A stretch of 64,000 nucleotides of DNA from NCBI GenBank assembly GCA_001643675.2, contig LSRY02000018.1:1178001-1242000 (forward strand), read 5' to 3'. Both the position numbers and the translations under genes were made by a program. Shown piece by piece: positions 1 to 13,900 of the stretch (its first letter is position 1; each line of letters begins with the position of its first letter). Under the pieces are notes generated by a model that made no database searches, was not told the origin of the DNA, and saw only the letters and a list, made by a program, of their open reading frames with translations. The DNA comes from Monocercomonoides exilis PA203 (taxonomy: Eukaryota > Protista > Preaxostyla).

Positions 1-3000
1 AATTGCTCCTTCGCCTTCTCCTTCTCCTCCATCATCATCATCATCATCTCCATCTGAACTTAATAACTCGTCAAGTGGAGAAGATGAAGAATCAGAATCA
101 GAAGAGGAGGAGGAAGAAGAGGAAGAGGAAGAGGAAGAGGATGATGACATTGGAGATACACTTGAAAAATTGTTAAAGCTCAAAGAAGATGAAGAAGATG
201 TTGAAGAAGAAGAAGAGGAGGAGGAAGAAGAAGAGGAAAGAGAAGATTCATCATCAACATCATCTTCCTCATAATCTCTTTCTCTTTCATCTTCATCCTT
301 TTCATCATCATCATCTTCTTCTTCTTCTCCCTCTTCTGAATTCTCTCCAAAAATTCTTCCTTTCAATCTGCTTCTGCGTTCTCCATTTACCTTCTCTTTC
401 TCTTCTTTTTGTTCTTCATTTGTTTCTTTTCTCATATTTTTCTGTGAAGCTGATAAACTCAAAGAAGAAGAAGAAGAAGAAGTTATTTTATTCGTCTTCG
501 TTGAAACCGTTCCAGAATTTCCCTCAAAGTTGGGCGAAGCCAACTGTCCACTCAACATTTCCTGTTCTTTTTCCTTTGGCAGCTCAACAAGAGACACAAG
601 TTTTGTGTTTGTGCTGTTTTGTGGATGATCATTTTGTCTGAAATATACAGAAGATAAATGAGAGGATGATGATGATGGGGAATGCAATGAAAAAGAAGAA
701 GAAGACAAAGAAGCAGAAGAAGCAAAAGAAGAAGAGGAAGAAGAAGAAGCAGAAGAAGCAGAAGCAGAAGAAGAAAGCGTTGAATCTTTCCCTCCATAAG
801 CCGAGCCCACTGCTGACCCCAGCTTCATATTGAGAGCAATTCTGTTCTGTTTGGCAATCGCCATTTTGTACTCCACCAGCTCATTCCACGTCCTCGTGCC
901 TCTTCTCCTTCTGTTGCTCAGCTCGATCCACGCTGAATCAATAGACTCACTCCATTTTCCTGTAAGAACCATCCCCTGTTGTGAGGAAGAAGAAGAAGAA
1001 GAAGAAGAAGAAGAGCCTTCAGAACGACGAATAGAGTCAGAAATGGATGGATTTATGTCATTTCCTGTGATCTCGATGTTGTTTGAATTAAAATTCATTT
1101 TGATTAGTTTTTCTCCTTCTCCATCTTCTTCTTCTTCCACATCTCCTTCTTCTCCTCTCTCCATCCTCTTTCTCCTCCTCCTCTTCTCCTCCTTCCTCCT
1201 CCTCCTCTCCCTCTCTTCCTCTTTCTCTCTCTCCACTCTCCATCTGTGCAGATCACCTCCCATCTCGATCGTCTTCACAATCGCCTTCTGCAGCAGCAAT
1301 GGATTGCCCATCAGCTGCTCCAATGAATCAACAGTAACTGCCCCCAGCAAAACTCTCTCTCCTTTCCTCTGCGAGCGAACAAGCGGAACATATAGCAGCC
1401 CCATTGCTCTTGCCAGCTGCATTTCTCTTCGGATGTCTCTGACAGTGGAGAACGGGACAAGCGCTATTGTGGTTGTCTTCATCAGGTCTTTCACAGTGAG
1501 TGAGGATGTGGCGGTCAAACGGCGAGGGATCGTGAAGTGCATGGGAGGAGGCAGAGGGCTGGCTGTGCGTGGGATGATTGAGCTTATTGCTTCATCTGAC
1601 TGAGAAAGAACTGAATTTGAATTTGAAAATGAAGTTGAATTCGAATTTGAACCAATTTCATTGGAATTTAAATCAGCTGCATTTTGCCCAAGAACCTTCA
1701 GTGTGTGTTCCTTGTGCCTCATCTCGTCTCTAATTCTCTTCTTTTCCTCTTTCTCCAGCTTCTTCCTCTCCTTTTCCAATCTCTTTCTCTCCTTCTCCTC
1801 CTGCTTCTCAATCTTCGCCTCTATCTTCTCTCTCCACTCCTTCTTCACAAACGGAACTTTGTGCGGCAGTTTCGGCGACAGATACGGAATCCCCCTGAAC
1901 TTCATCAGCATCGTGTACATCGAGTCCGACAGCGCCATCGACGTCAGATAAGCAGCCAGCACGCCCAGCACACAGCTCAAAGACACATTTGCCATGCCAC
2001 TCATCTCAATCACAATCAGTGCAGGAGATATGGTCTGTGTGATGCCTGCCAGAAACGCAGCTGCGCCCACTGCGCCGAAGGGAGACACCTCCTGAAAGAT
2101 GGACGGGAGAGAGAGACGCAGAATCTCTCCTATCAAACGCCCGCCCACTGCTCCAACAACAAGGGAGGGCATCACAACACCAGCTGGCACTGCGATCTGG
2201 AGAGAGAAGGGGAGGATGACAAACTTGATGGCAATGATGAGGAGAAGCGTGGTGATCCCGGCAACTCCGCTGGAAGGGATGGTACCTGATTAGAAAAAAA
2301 AAAAAAAAAAAAAAAAGAGGAAATTTGAAATTGAAGAAAAATAATTTAATTAATTAACACAACGTTAATAAGCGAATGTTCTTATTGAAAAATTACTCTT
2401 TCTCTCTCTATTTATTTTTTCTTTTCCCATCAATGAAAATCATATTCAAACAAAATAATCCCTCCCTTCTCATTTACACCATCCACACCTCCTTTTCTCA
2501 CTCCAAATCCTGCCCATCCGTTCAGAAACGAGTCAGGCAAGGGCTCCACCAGCATGTCCATGAGGAGATAGCCAGAGGCAGTGCCAGCTGAAGCAAAGCC
2601 ACCAAAAGGGATGGTCAGAAGAGCATTGGCAAAGGCGACGAAGAAGACGATGATGTATCGCTTGTTGTACATGGCAAGATGATCAGCCACAATTCGGTAG
2701 ATTCTGCTGAAGAAGGTCTGGTTGGAGGGCTCTGTGGAAGAAGAGGATGGCTTCTTTTTGGGGGAGGAAGAAATGGAAGAATGGGTAGAAGGTGCATGAA
2801 GGGATGAAACAACAGGAATAGAAGAAGAAGAAGAAGAAGATGATGATGATGATGATATTAACTGCCCAGGCATTGAAGGCGAAGTGGAGAGGGAAGGAGG
2901 GGAATAAGGCACGATTGAGACAGCAGCAGTTGCTGACTGTGTAGGCTTCAGATAGGCAACAGCAGGCGGATAGGCAGAAGGAGGCAGAGGAAGTGTGGTG

Positions 3001-4553
3001 GGCGACTCGACACGCGTGACGACTGTTTTGCCTTCGTCAGCGACAGACGAATAGACAACACTGTCACTTATGAGACGGGGCTTTGACCTTCGCTTTTGTT
3101 CTTCTTGGCTCTCCAAGTGATGGAGGGATGTGGGAGAAGAAGAAGATGATGATGAAGAAGATGAAGAAGATGATGAAAATGATTGAGAACAATCACTCAC
3201 CACAAAAACATTCCTTTTTTTGCTTGCATTCGCACTGCCTTTGGCATCTCCTTTTCTCATCATCGCCTCTTCCTCTGGAATGTCCTCATTGTCCACAATC
3301 TCAAACTCCCTCTCGTTCGCATCCATCGAAAACCTCACCTCCATTCTGGCCCCCGAAAACGCAGCAGCGACCTGCGTGGGGAAGTCGAGTGATGTGCCTT
3401 CTTTGTTCTTCTTGTTCGTCTGCTCAAAGCGGCGGAACATGTGTGCCGTGCGCTTTGTCAGCTGGATCAGGCACACAGACAGCACCCCCATCACCACGCC
3501 CACACACAGAAACGCCAGCAGCTCCAGCAGCGACGGCGACGACGGGTTGGTGGGCTCCTGGCCGAGCGGGGAATAGTCGAACTGCTTGAAGATGGTGAAG
3601 ATAAGCCCTGCAAACCCTGAGGCGAAGAACGTGGAGCCGTAGTTCTTTGTCAGGAACAGGTCGGACGTAACCTCAATGGAGAAGAGCACCCCGCCGATCG
3701 GCGCGTAGCACGTTGCAGCCATCCCAACAGCCACAGCAAAGGACAGCCTATTCCGCTTCAGCGACTCTGTCTCTAGGAAGGAGTTGAAGCAAGGCAGATA
3801 CTTCATCAGAAGATATCCAATGATAAATGAAACAGAAGTCATGGGCCCCACACGACCAACGTAAAGCCCTGCGCCCAGCGCCATCATACATCCGAATAAT
3901 TTCGACATTGCTGTTCGAAACGTCAAATACTGAGGAAAATCAACGCCATTCAATATCGCTTTGATTTCAGGAATCCCCGACCCAGAACCAGCTCTGGGAG
4001 ACAAAGTTGCAGTTGTTATCGATGAAAGGATTCCAAGCACTAAACTATAAGCAAGATGTATCGGGATTTTCCATCCAAAATTGTCAAATAAGTTGTAAGT
4101 GTACTGTTTAAGTTGTCGAAAAGGAACATTCGTCACCCAATCCTGAAAGAAAGAAAGTGTTGTTGCAATAATTGACATAAGTACAATGTAAGCAGCAACT
4201 TGAAGAAATGAGTATCTTCCAAAGCATGAAACACAGCAAGAGCAACATTGGTTTTTAACTGCTTTTTTTCTTGATCTTGCAAATTCTTTTTGTGTTGTTT
4301 GAGAAATAAAAGGAGAAATAGGCATTTTCATATTAAGATTTTGCTTGAGTTTTACGTATTCTTCTGCAAATCGAAAGTATGCCCTGCTATCCTGATCATC
4401 TCGAATACGATGCTTTTCGAGTACTTTTCTTCGATGAGAAAATGTAGCAAAATCCTCTGGAAGAAATGATGATAGAATCGGTATGTCCAAGCACATGGCA
4501 CCAACAACAGCATCGTTCGATTGCTTCGCAGCTTCAACACTCCTAAATAACAA
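1..4553 (-). CDS. CLC-family chloride channel with CBS-like cytoplasmic region; multi-exon, 3' end runs off the window
   Basis: Exon 4553-~2490 has GSGIPEIKAILNG, GRVGP and APIGGVLFSIEVT. After a poly-T-containing intron (~2490-2286 on the minus strand) the frame reads VPAGVVMPSLVVGAVGGRLIG, GAVGAAAFLAG and SMYTMLMKFRGIPYL, then a CBS-like segment (~1560-1340) and Ser/acidic tracts open to base 1. The true start is probably in a small upstream exon. Confidence 0.93.
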
Positions 4554-4914
4554 ATTTTTAAAATAATATTTGAAAAATATGATATTGGAAAGCGATTATA
4601 AAATGTTAAACACATACATATAATATCTTTGCGCTCCAGCAAATATTAATTGAAGAACTTTTTTAGAATTTTCAAAATTGATATGGTTATGGTTATGATC
4701 GATAAATATTTCTGGTATGTTAGAAAAATGTTTGTCATAAAATATCCGAAAAATGTGCAAAGTCGGATTTTAATTAGTACCCAGTAAACATGTGTTACAG
4801 ATTGAAAATTTTTGCCGTGTCCGTCAGTAATTAAAAATCCACGTCAGTGTTGGTATTTAAAAATAATAAATTTATTTTCTCTGATTTTTGGACTTTTCGT
4901 AATATATGTCTAAA

Positions 4915-5140
4915 TTTTTTTGAAAAGTTCCTTTAGTTTAATTTTCAAATAAAATAAAAATTTCATATTTCGATCATATTTCTGTTCACTCTTACGAAAC
5001 TTCACTAAAATGGAAGAATAAACATTATTAATATTTAGCTTTCATGACATTGAAATTTGGAAAGTTGGAACAGAAATGTGATCGAAATATGAAATTTATA
5101 TCTTATTAGAAAATAAAACAAAAGGAACTTTTCAAAAAAA
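4915..5140. repeat. Foldback/MITE-like element with ~73-bp imperfect inverted arms
   Basis: 4915-4987 (tttttttgaaaagttccttt...tttcatatttcgatcatatttctgttc) is the approximate reverse complement of 5068-5140 (gaacagaaatgtgatcgaaatatgaaa...aaaggaacttttcaaaaaaa). Confidence 0.8.
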
Positions 5141-5715
5141 TAATATTATTATTACAAGGTTGTATGCTAAATTTTTCTGAAAATTAATTCTTCAAAAGAA
5201 AGATCTGAATATTTAAAGTTTTATTTTTTTTGATCAATGTTTTGCTCGCTTTTCCAGGAGTTTTTGAAACCGAATGTTTTGCTTGTTTGTATTGTTTTTA
5301 AACCTTTCTTTTTAACATTTTTGGTTATTTTATAACTTGAGAAACTCCTTTTTTTTAATAGTTTTCACACATCACCTGTTTTTTGAAAAACTGAAATTTA
5401 TAAGAAATATGTTGTTATTTTTTGAATTAATCATGCGTGCATGATTAACAATTAAGAATTGTAAATATTCGTGGGGAAAATAATTTATACAATATATTTT
5501 TCTCAGTAAATTAAAATTTTGAAATTGTGTTTTCGCGTTTTTCTTTTTATGCACATTATATGGGTCATTCTTTTTGAAAAGTTGCAAATTTTAAATACTA
5601 GGATATTAAAAAATTGTTCCTTATTTGGGTATTTTTTTTTGAAAAGTCACAAAATATTAATTGATCTGAAAATCAGATCACAAATGATCAGAAAATGTTG
5701 ATCATTCCGTTACCA
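5138..5715. repeat. Long inverted repeat, left arm (~578 bp)
   Basis: Reverse complement of 17310-17887 with about 2 visible mismatches; mirrored spurious ORFs 5372..5587(-) and 17438..17653(+) are identical. Confidence 0.95.
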
Positions 5716-6299
5716 TTATATATTGCTGAATGTTATTCTATTGAGTTTTGTCACCCTATCCCCAAATATTGCGATTTAATAAAATAGATTTCAAATACCC
5801 AATTTACTATTGTTACACTTTTATTATTTAAATGTTTTTTTCTTGTTTTTTGAAGTCACAGAAAAATTTATTTATATTTCTATGTTTTCATTTCAACTGT
5901 TTAAATCTATGTTTTAATTTTTCGAATGGAGACTTCATTTTAAATATGTTCATTTGTTGAAAAACAGATAGATTTTAACTTGCTTTTATTTGAGAAATTT
6001 GAAAAGAAATTATTAAACAGGAAAATTTCATCGAAACAATCCTTGTTGTTATTAAAAGAAATACAAAAGGTTGTTAATATTGAACAGTTTTTAATGTTAT
6101 AACAAATAAATAAAAAACAACATATTATTTCTGATATCAAATGTCCTTTTATAAAAATTCAAAACAAAAATGGTATATCAAATCTTGAATCAAATCATGA
6201 ATCATATCTTTAATAGATGCCAATTGCTCATTTGCTTTTTTGCTCATCTATATCTTCAAATTTCAACTCAACTTTTGAAAAAACCTTGTTTCATCCTTT

Positions 6300-7529
6300 T
6301 CCCATGGATCGAGAACTGTATGCTTTTGTTGCTGGTTGACCATTCAGAAAAAAATGAAAATGTTGTGTTTGTATCACAGGTGGAGCTGCCTGATGACATG
6401 ATGGGAAATGTCTCATCAAACTTCTTGTAGCGTTGGAAGCGAAGCAGCCGTCTCTTCGCCCAGCGCCTTCGTCTTCTTCGTCTTCTTCAACTGGAGCAGC
6501 GCGCAGATCAACTTCGCCATTCCGGAAGCGAAGAAGCGAAGAGAAGAAGGCGACAGGAGATGTTAACTTATCAGCATTTTCATCTTCATATTCATATTCA
6601 TCATCAGCACCTGCGATTGACCCTTCGGATGCCTTGGCAGAGGCAGAGTCAAACACGTCAGCGGGAGCGATGGACGACATTGAGAGGAGGCTGCGGATTG
6701 TGGTGCCAGAGGCAGCTGGGGTGTATGGGCGGCACATGCCGCTGTCGCTGCAGCTGCTGCTGTCGTAACGGGCGCTGCCGACGCTGCGGGGATATGTTGT
6801 GGCGCGGCTGGCTGTGCTGTATAAGTGTGTTGTGTGTGCGTGCTTTGTGGCACCTTTGGAGATGCTTTCGATTCCTCCGGTATACCCGCTTTTATCGCTT
6901 GCAGCGTTGGTTGGAACGAAGTTGGGGAGCAAGATGATATTTGTGGCAGCAGATGTGAATGCGTTCATGTCGATGTACGATCTGTTTGACCCGTCGTGGC
7001 AGGAATCGTTATCTTTTCAGCTGAAATATTTGGTGGTGAAACTGGACGATTTAGTGACGGGGAGATGTGCAGCAATGTTTGAAAAGGGGAAGAGCTGAAG
7101 AACAAGTAGGAAGACCTGCAGAGGACAAAGGCGAATGCTGTGTAGACGCTTTGCAAGACGGGCAGGAAGTTCGAGGCGCAGGTGGCGGAGCTGGCTGGGG
7201 AGAAGGAGGGGCTGGGGCGGTAGATCTGGGAGCTGAAGGAGCAGCACGAGGAGGCGAAGCAGGAGATGAAGAAGCGGTATTCGGAGTTCGTCATGCTGCT
7301 GCAGAAGATCCTGGACAAAGAGCGGATATCGAAGCCTTCGAGCGTACAGGTGGAGCAGCTGCAGGAGAAGGACAAGATCATCCGGATGCGGGAGAGGAAG
7401 ATTCTGCAGATGAGCGAGAAGCACATCGCAGAGGTGAAGGAGCTGCAGGAGCATTTGGTTGCGACGAAGGAGAAGGTCGAATTTATTGATGAAGGGATTG
7501 AGAACGTAAAGAGGCAACAGAAGCAGTAG
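6300..7529 (+). pseudogene. Decayed member of an unknown host gene family (copy A), followed by a coiled-coil-like fragment
   Basis: SSSAPAI...DDIERRLRIVVPEAA..YGRHM segment is homologous to 20760-22100; in-frame stops and frameshifts present. Confidence 0.6.
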
Positions 7530-9676
7530 AGTCGGGTGGTAAATGTGGATGGCAAGCGGAAAATGATGTATTGGTGGTAACGCTTGCTACGCCTTCATCA
7601 TTGGCCTCAGCTGAAAGAGTGATGATTCCGTTTTCTTCTTTGTTGATTCTGCCTTCTGGGTTTCGTAAAAACTCAAATGAGAAGCTTGCAGTAAGCATCG
7701 GGGATTGCCGCGTTGCAAAGCTATTACCAAACTTGAACAGGAAGGTGGTTGCAGTGAAAATGGGGAACGCGGTGAGTGTTGTGGGAGAAGCAAACAGCGG
7801 TGTGTGTGTGTGTGTGTGTGTGGTGGTGGTGGGGGGGGAAATGAGGTGGAAGTTAAGGAACGAGACCTGGAATCAGAGAAAGATATGAAAAGAATGGTGC
7901 TGTCGAAAGTGCAGGAAAAGACGATACACATGCAGAAGGCACTGTTCAACAGATGAATGAGAGCTGCGGACGGAGCTTGTGTAATAGAAGTTGGAGCAGA
8001 AGAAAAAGAAGGAGTTGTACGAAGAGACGATGGAGCATCAGATGAGAACGGTTTCTTGGTCACTTAGGCAAGTTGATCACGACACGGCGCAAGAGCTTTG
8101 GGTACTGATCACTTTGCAGTTGTCTGTGCAGATGAAGCGTTTGTTGAATCCGCTGAAAATAGGGCTGAAGTCGTCGCTTGTGTTGACGCTTACGTTGATT
8201 CTAGGGATATTCGGAGACAAGATCGCAACAGACTTGGAAGATGGAATCGCTGTGTTTGTGAGAGTGGTGGTTCCGAGGCAGTAGTTTGGGGATTATGTAT
8301 TCATGTGTCTGAGGGTTAGGCACGTAGAGCAGAAGAAGAGCGAGGCCGCACAATTAAAGATGATCAAAGTCGTGGAGCTGTTACAAAAGGACTTTGCAGA
8401 TGTGTTGTTGCTAGGGAAGCTTGTGCGGGAGGAGAGCAAAGGAGACAAGTTGTGGTTTTCATGACAACTGCAAAGTGCTATTTGATAGTTTTCAGTTGAA
8501 TCCACTTGCAGAAGAGAGCTAGATCTTCCTAATGACTTTGGACAGGATGTTTCGGAAGAAAATCAATACAGTGGTTAAAGAGGCTTCGGAGTAGAAAATC
8601 GAGATGTTATTTTGGGGGAGTTTGAGGGATTTTTTTCGGAGAAGGGAGAGGCAGACTCGTCTGTGTTTCTGAGGTCTTTGAAGAACTTCAACCAAGCGGA
8701 AGCAATGAAGTTGAAAAAAGGACGCGATTATGGCGCTGCACGATGCAATACGTAGCTGCGATCCATTGACTTTTTCATCATCATCATTTCACGAAGCTTG
8801 GTGAGGGATCACTTATTCGAACAGGAGTCTCTTTTGTGAGAGAGCATTCCGCAGATGCAGCACGCGCTGTTGTTGCGGATCTTTCGGGATGTGTACATGC
8901 TGTCTTGGTGCTGTTTGCCATTATATGTGTCGATGCTGGAGGCGTGATATCGCAATTACTTCTTCACGCTGTTACTGAAGCAACAATATAAATTTAATTC
9001 CTCCGAAATTTGAGCATATCTGTATCAATCTGAGAAAAGTACGGTAAAGAAGGCAGTTAGCCTGCATTCTGCTCTGTTGAAGATGGCTCTTAATGGCCAG
9101 GCGCTGGTGATTTCGAGACATCAACAGTGGCAAGGGCAGGGGCGGGGGTGGAGGTGGTTCAGAAACGGCAGATGGAGTCAACGCAGTGGGCTATGTGGAA
9201 GACAGAAGGGCAGCTGGCACTGTTGTAGATGGATGGGTTGGTTGTGGAGTTGGTGGAACTGCAGATGAAAAGAACGAGGTGGAAAAGGCGATCAGCTTTG
9301 TGTTGCCGCTGTGTGATGGCAGCATGAAGAGCTGTGTCACAAGGCTATGGAACGGCAGAGGGAGATCGGAAGAGTCAATGCATTGTCAAGAATCATCATC
9401 TTTCTCTTCCTTCTTTTCCTTCCTCTTCCTCTTCCTCTGCTTCCTCTGCTTCCTCTGCTTCCTCTTTCTTCTTGTCGCATTCATTTCCTTTCAAAAGCTT
9501 TTGAAAGAAACAAATATACAGTCACATTGAAAATGCAACATTTGTTTTTTGTCATATTTCTGAGCAAAACGCGCGAAAAGAAGTTGAAGAAGTCGAAATG
9601 AAAAAGAAGGAGGGTGTAAACCTATAATAGAAGAGGCTGTTTTCGTATTCATTGAGGAGTTGTTAATTGAGGAGAT

Positions 9677-10737
9677 CTAAATAGAAATTGTTCCTGAATT
9701 CGAACCATGAATCGCAATGATGCAACCTTCAGACAGCTTCACGCCATCAGCATCAATTCCATTCAGCACAACACTTCCACATTTTCCAATCTCAAATATA
9801 TCTGTTGTCGATTTGATTTGTTTCAGTTTCACATTTGTAATATAAATCTCATCTCCTTTAAGGAAAAATGAAGGCTTCTTGAAGGAAAGGAGTGACATTG
9901 AGCATTGTCAACATGAAAATTTCCACTTTCAATGCTCAATAATGATGAATTGAGAACATCAGGTTGATTGTTACTTGATTCACAGTAAAAAGATACTCGG
10001 CAAATGAAAGAGAAAGTTGTCCATTTGTTTCAAAAATAATGGAACTGCCTGAATAAGAAAACAACTTACATATGAGAAATTATACACTCTCAATCTGGAC
10101 TTTCTGTGAGGTTGTGATAAAGATCCCTTCATCTTTAGAAATTGTTGAATTCAGATATACAAAAGCGGCTGAAGGAGATGCTAGCGAGTGCATGCTGACA
10201 TTATGTGCACTGCATTCCCCAACAATAACTGTCTCCTTTGAGATCAACAGTTGTGAGCACAGATATAGAATAATGTGTTGCTCTGCAATGCTCAATGAGT
10301 GGCATGATGTGTCCAACTCTCCACATTGCTTGCTATCTTCGTAAATGTCTGCAACTGAAGATATCAATATCGTTTCGCTCATGTATTTTACGACCCTCAG
10401 CAGAAGATCCTCTTCCCCCACAAATAAACCTGTTGAACATCCCCACATTGTCAGCTCCTTTACAAATGGTGCTCTGAAATCTGCAGCAAATTTTCCAAGC
10501 TAAAAAAATAGAAATTTAACATTTTAATAGAATAATATAGCATTTAAATGAAAGATAGATAAAAACCGTTTGATTTGTGTGTTTAACATCTTTATCAAAC
10601 TTGTGGGAGGATTCTTTGCATTAATTGAAATTCCAGCCGCATTCTGTGCAATGAAAAATTATTATCAAATAAAAATTTGATTCATTAACGAATCTCAATT
10701 TTTAACTGGAAAAAGAATCCATACAAACTATGAACAT
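9677..10737 (-). pseudogene. Truncated, degenerate paralogue of the giant surface-receptor family
   Basis: ETILISSVADIYEDSKQCGELDTSCHSL matches the family D..CG....(P)C.(S/T) module start; ATG (MFI...) at 10737; fragmented frames. Confidence 0.6.
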
Positions 10738-10849
10738 TTTATATATCAGCAGTTACAGAATAGTTTAAGCAAATAAAACAATAATTCATAGCAAAATTGA
10801 AATTTAAATTTTGATAAGAAAACGGAAACATAATTTATTGTTTAAATAG

Positions 10850-10937
10850 TTTTTTGAAAAGAAGAATTTCACAATTATCAAACAAACTTTTCCATGAAAG
10901 TTTGTTTGATAATTGTGAAATTCTTCTTTTCAAAAAA
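10850..10937. repeat. Perfect hairpin: 41-bp arms, 6-nt loop
   Basis: ttttttgaaaagaagaatttcacaattatcaaacaaacttt-tccatg-aaagtttgtttgataattgtgaaattcttcttttcaaaaaa; imperfect extension to ~10834/10952. Confidence 0.95.
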
Positions 10938-10986
10938 TTATTAAACAATAAAGAAATTTGAATATTATTTTTGATCAAAGCAAAAA

Positions 10987-13900
10987 ATGTTTATAGAGCT
11001 TTTACTATGCTTATTTTTATTTTATAAAAAACATGTTCAATAGCACTATTGAGAAGCACAATACTGCACAATTTTTTTGGTTGTGAAATGAACTGTCAGA
11101 GTTTATTTCAACATATACAAGAATAATTCTTATTATCATATTACAAGTGAAATTGCGTATATTTTTACAAAACGAACATACCAGAAAATGCAAAATTTCT
11201 GAATTTTGTTCCCATAGTGAAGTGACAGCAGTTATTTAAGGAGTGATAGTGTTTTTGGATCAAGAAACAGTATAATACAGCCAGGGAGAAAAAACCTTCT
11301 TGATACGGGAGAACTTTTATTTTTGTGGTATAAGCGGGAAACACACACCCACAAGAATCTGAGAGTATTATTGCCGCTTCTACACATGGTGCATCAATCA
11401 ATATTCGTTATTGTTTATTTGACTGAATAAGCGCAATTGAAAATGAAGAGCTCATTCATGGAGGAGATTTCAATTTATCAAATTTGGAAAAAAACTAATA
11501 TTGATTTCATCAAATTTCAGCAAGTGTTGCGCAAATCGTGGAGAAGCGATTTACCGCGTTGATCATATGAAAAATGAACAATACAAAGATCTTGCTTTTG
11601 AAAATTGCTCAATTTCACATTCCTATGGAATGGTGTGTTTCTTACGTCTGAAATATCTTCGGTCATCAGGAACCTTCATTTTTTCAAACACTCGTTTTGT
11701 GAAAAATTGGGATGGAAATTCTTCTGGTTACATATAATTTAATTTCGCTTTGCCGAGTATTAACCTTTCAGCACTTTTGATCACAGAAAATATGATTATC
11801 TTGAACACAGTTAATGGAATATTTACAAATTCAACAATTTCAGGAGGAGCAGGAATAAACTTCAGTGGACTTTCGGAACAAGCTGTTCAGACTCAATTGA
11901 TAAGATATTATTTTTTCCATCAAAATGACGCGAAGAACGGAAATGGTGAACTGTTCAGTGCATATGGGAATAGAGGAAACTCCGAGATTGTGATTGATGG
12001 GTGCAAGTTATGTTCATCATGCGAAAACGGAAACGAGCTGAAGGGCGGATCTTTGTTTATCCAGAAACAGGGGAATATGAACGTTGCTGTGAACAACACC
12101 AGATTCAGCAACTGAAATGTACCAAGCGGTGAAGAATTAAATAGAGGAAGAGGATTAGGAGGAGGGATATATCTGCATATTTCAGATAATAATGGGATTT
12201 ATTCTCTGAAAAACCTGACATTCTTTGAGTGCAAAGCGTGGAAAGGAAACAACATATTTGTGGATGCCAACAACTTGACTGAAGCAGTTCGAGCGGATAA
12301 CTTCCAAATAGCTTGGAGGGAGATGAACAAAACGGATTTGATGGGGTATGAGCGAATCTCCTGCAATCGAGAATGTGCGATTCCTTTGGCTGCATTTCTA
12401 ACTTCATTTTCAGGAAGCGGATATGTTGGAGGCGAGACAGATGGAAGGTACGATCACTCAGGAAGCGAATTTCCATTTGCGTCTTGCCACACGATCAGCA
12501 AAGTTGTTGAATTGAGATTTGGATCAGCGCAAGAACATGGTGTTGCCGTTGTTCTTCCATCGTTCCAGCTCAACAGCTGCTCAAAGCTTGCTTCATGTTC
12601 TGTTTCTATTTTATCGACAACAAAAAATACTTCTGTTTTTGTTTGCAGCAACGGGAGCGGGGAAGGGGATGGTTTGATTGAGACAGAAGCAGATGTGTCG
12701 ATTTCGAATATTACGTTTTCCTTGCCTCCAAGCTTCGTTGAAACGCCTCGTTTGTTTCTGATTCTGTGCCAGCAATCAACTTTGAGCATTGCTAATTGCT
12801 CAACAACAAGGCAAATAGAAAGCGAGGCAATTCAATTCAGCATTCTTTGTGCAACAGGAGGCGAAGTGCATTTAACTGCATTTGAGTTGAAAAGAATTGA
12901 TTGTGGGGAAGTTGCTGCAGTTGAGCTGAGAGGACAAGGAACATCATTATCTGTTGCAGGATGCACTATTGAAGGGATTGAGAGCCAGACTTCACATGGG
13001 CTTATTCACTTGAGTGATGGATCTTCAACCGACATCAAGAAGCTAACAGTCAATGGCTCATCACTGGAAAGTGGCAGTGTCATTTCTTTTGGGGAAGGAA
13101 GCGGAATGAAAATACATTCAAGTGAATTGTCGAATGTTACTCGTAACAATGGGAATGGCCCAGTCTTTTCAGGCGTTATTGGACAGGGAAAGCGAGTGGA
13201 GATCAGTGGCTGTGTGTTTTCGAAAGACATGTGCCAAGGCGAGATTCCATTTGGAGGGATGGGTGCATTGAATGTGTCGGATGGAGGAGAGCTGATATTC
13301 ACTCAGAACAGAGTGGAGAGCTGCACAGCGCTGGGAGCTAGGGGGTTTGGAGGAGGGCTGCATCTGAAATTCGATGCGAATGTTCAGTATTCGATGAAGT
13401 CAAACACTTTCACAGGAAATCTTGCCTCAAAGGGAAGTGATCTGTTTCTGCTTTGCGGGAATCCAGAAACGCTGATCAAAGAAGACCTGTGGTATGGCAC
13501 AATCGACGAGTTAAACACGCCTGAGCCAAATTTCTGGGTTATGGACTCCGTTGAAAGCACAGAAATTGACTATTCAATCAAGAAATATCTGTTTTCTGGA
13601 ACAGGAGATATCATTTTTGTTGAGGCAGGAAAAAGCACGTTGCCGAACTGTGGAAGCGATGCAAATCCATGCGATCGATTGGAGGTTGGGATGAGCAACC
13701 TGAAAGAGAACCAGACGACTGTGCAGATCAACAACTACAACTGGGTTTCTGGAGAGATGAGAAGAGATGGGAAGTGGCTGACCATCCGCGGAGTTGCTGA
13801 CAAATACGAGCTGAGAGTTGAAAGCAACGGTTTCTTCAATGCGGTCGATGGTTTAACGCCAACAGTGCTTCTTCTCAACAGACTTGTTTTCAAACTACCA

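Noticed and set aside
189-2293. Plus-strand ORFs (150-257 aa)
   Set aside because: Antisense to the CLC exon, which carries the conserved motifs.
5372-5701. Small ORFs duplicated at 17324-17653
   Set aside because: Chance frames inside the AT-rich inverted repeats; useful only as markers of the repeat.
7550-9600. Short overlapping ORFs, (TG)n and (CTTCCT)n microsatellites
   Set aside because: Looks like decayed coding DNA, but no supportable product or structure.
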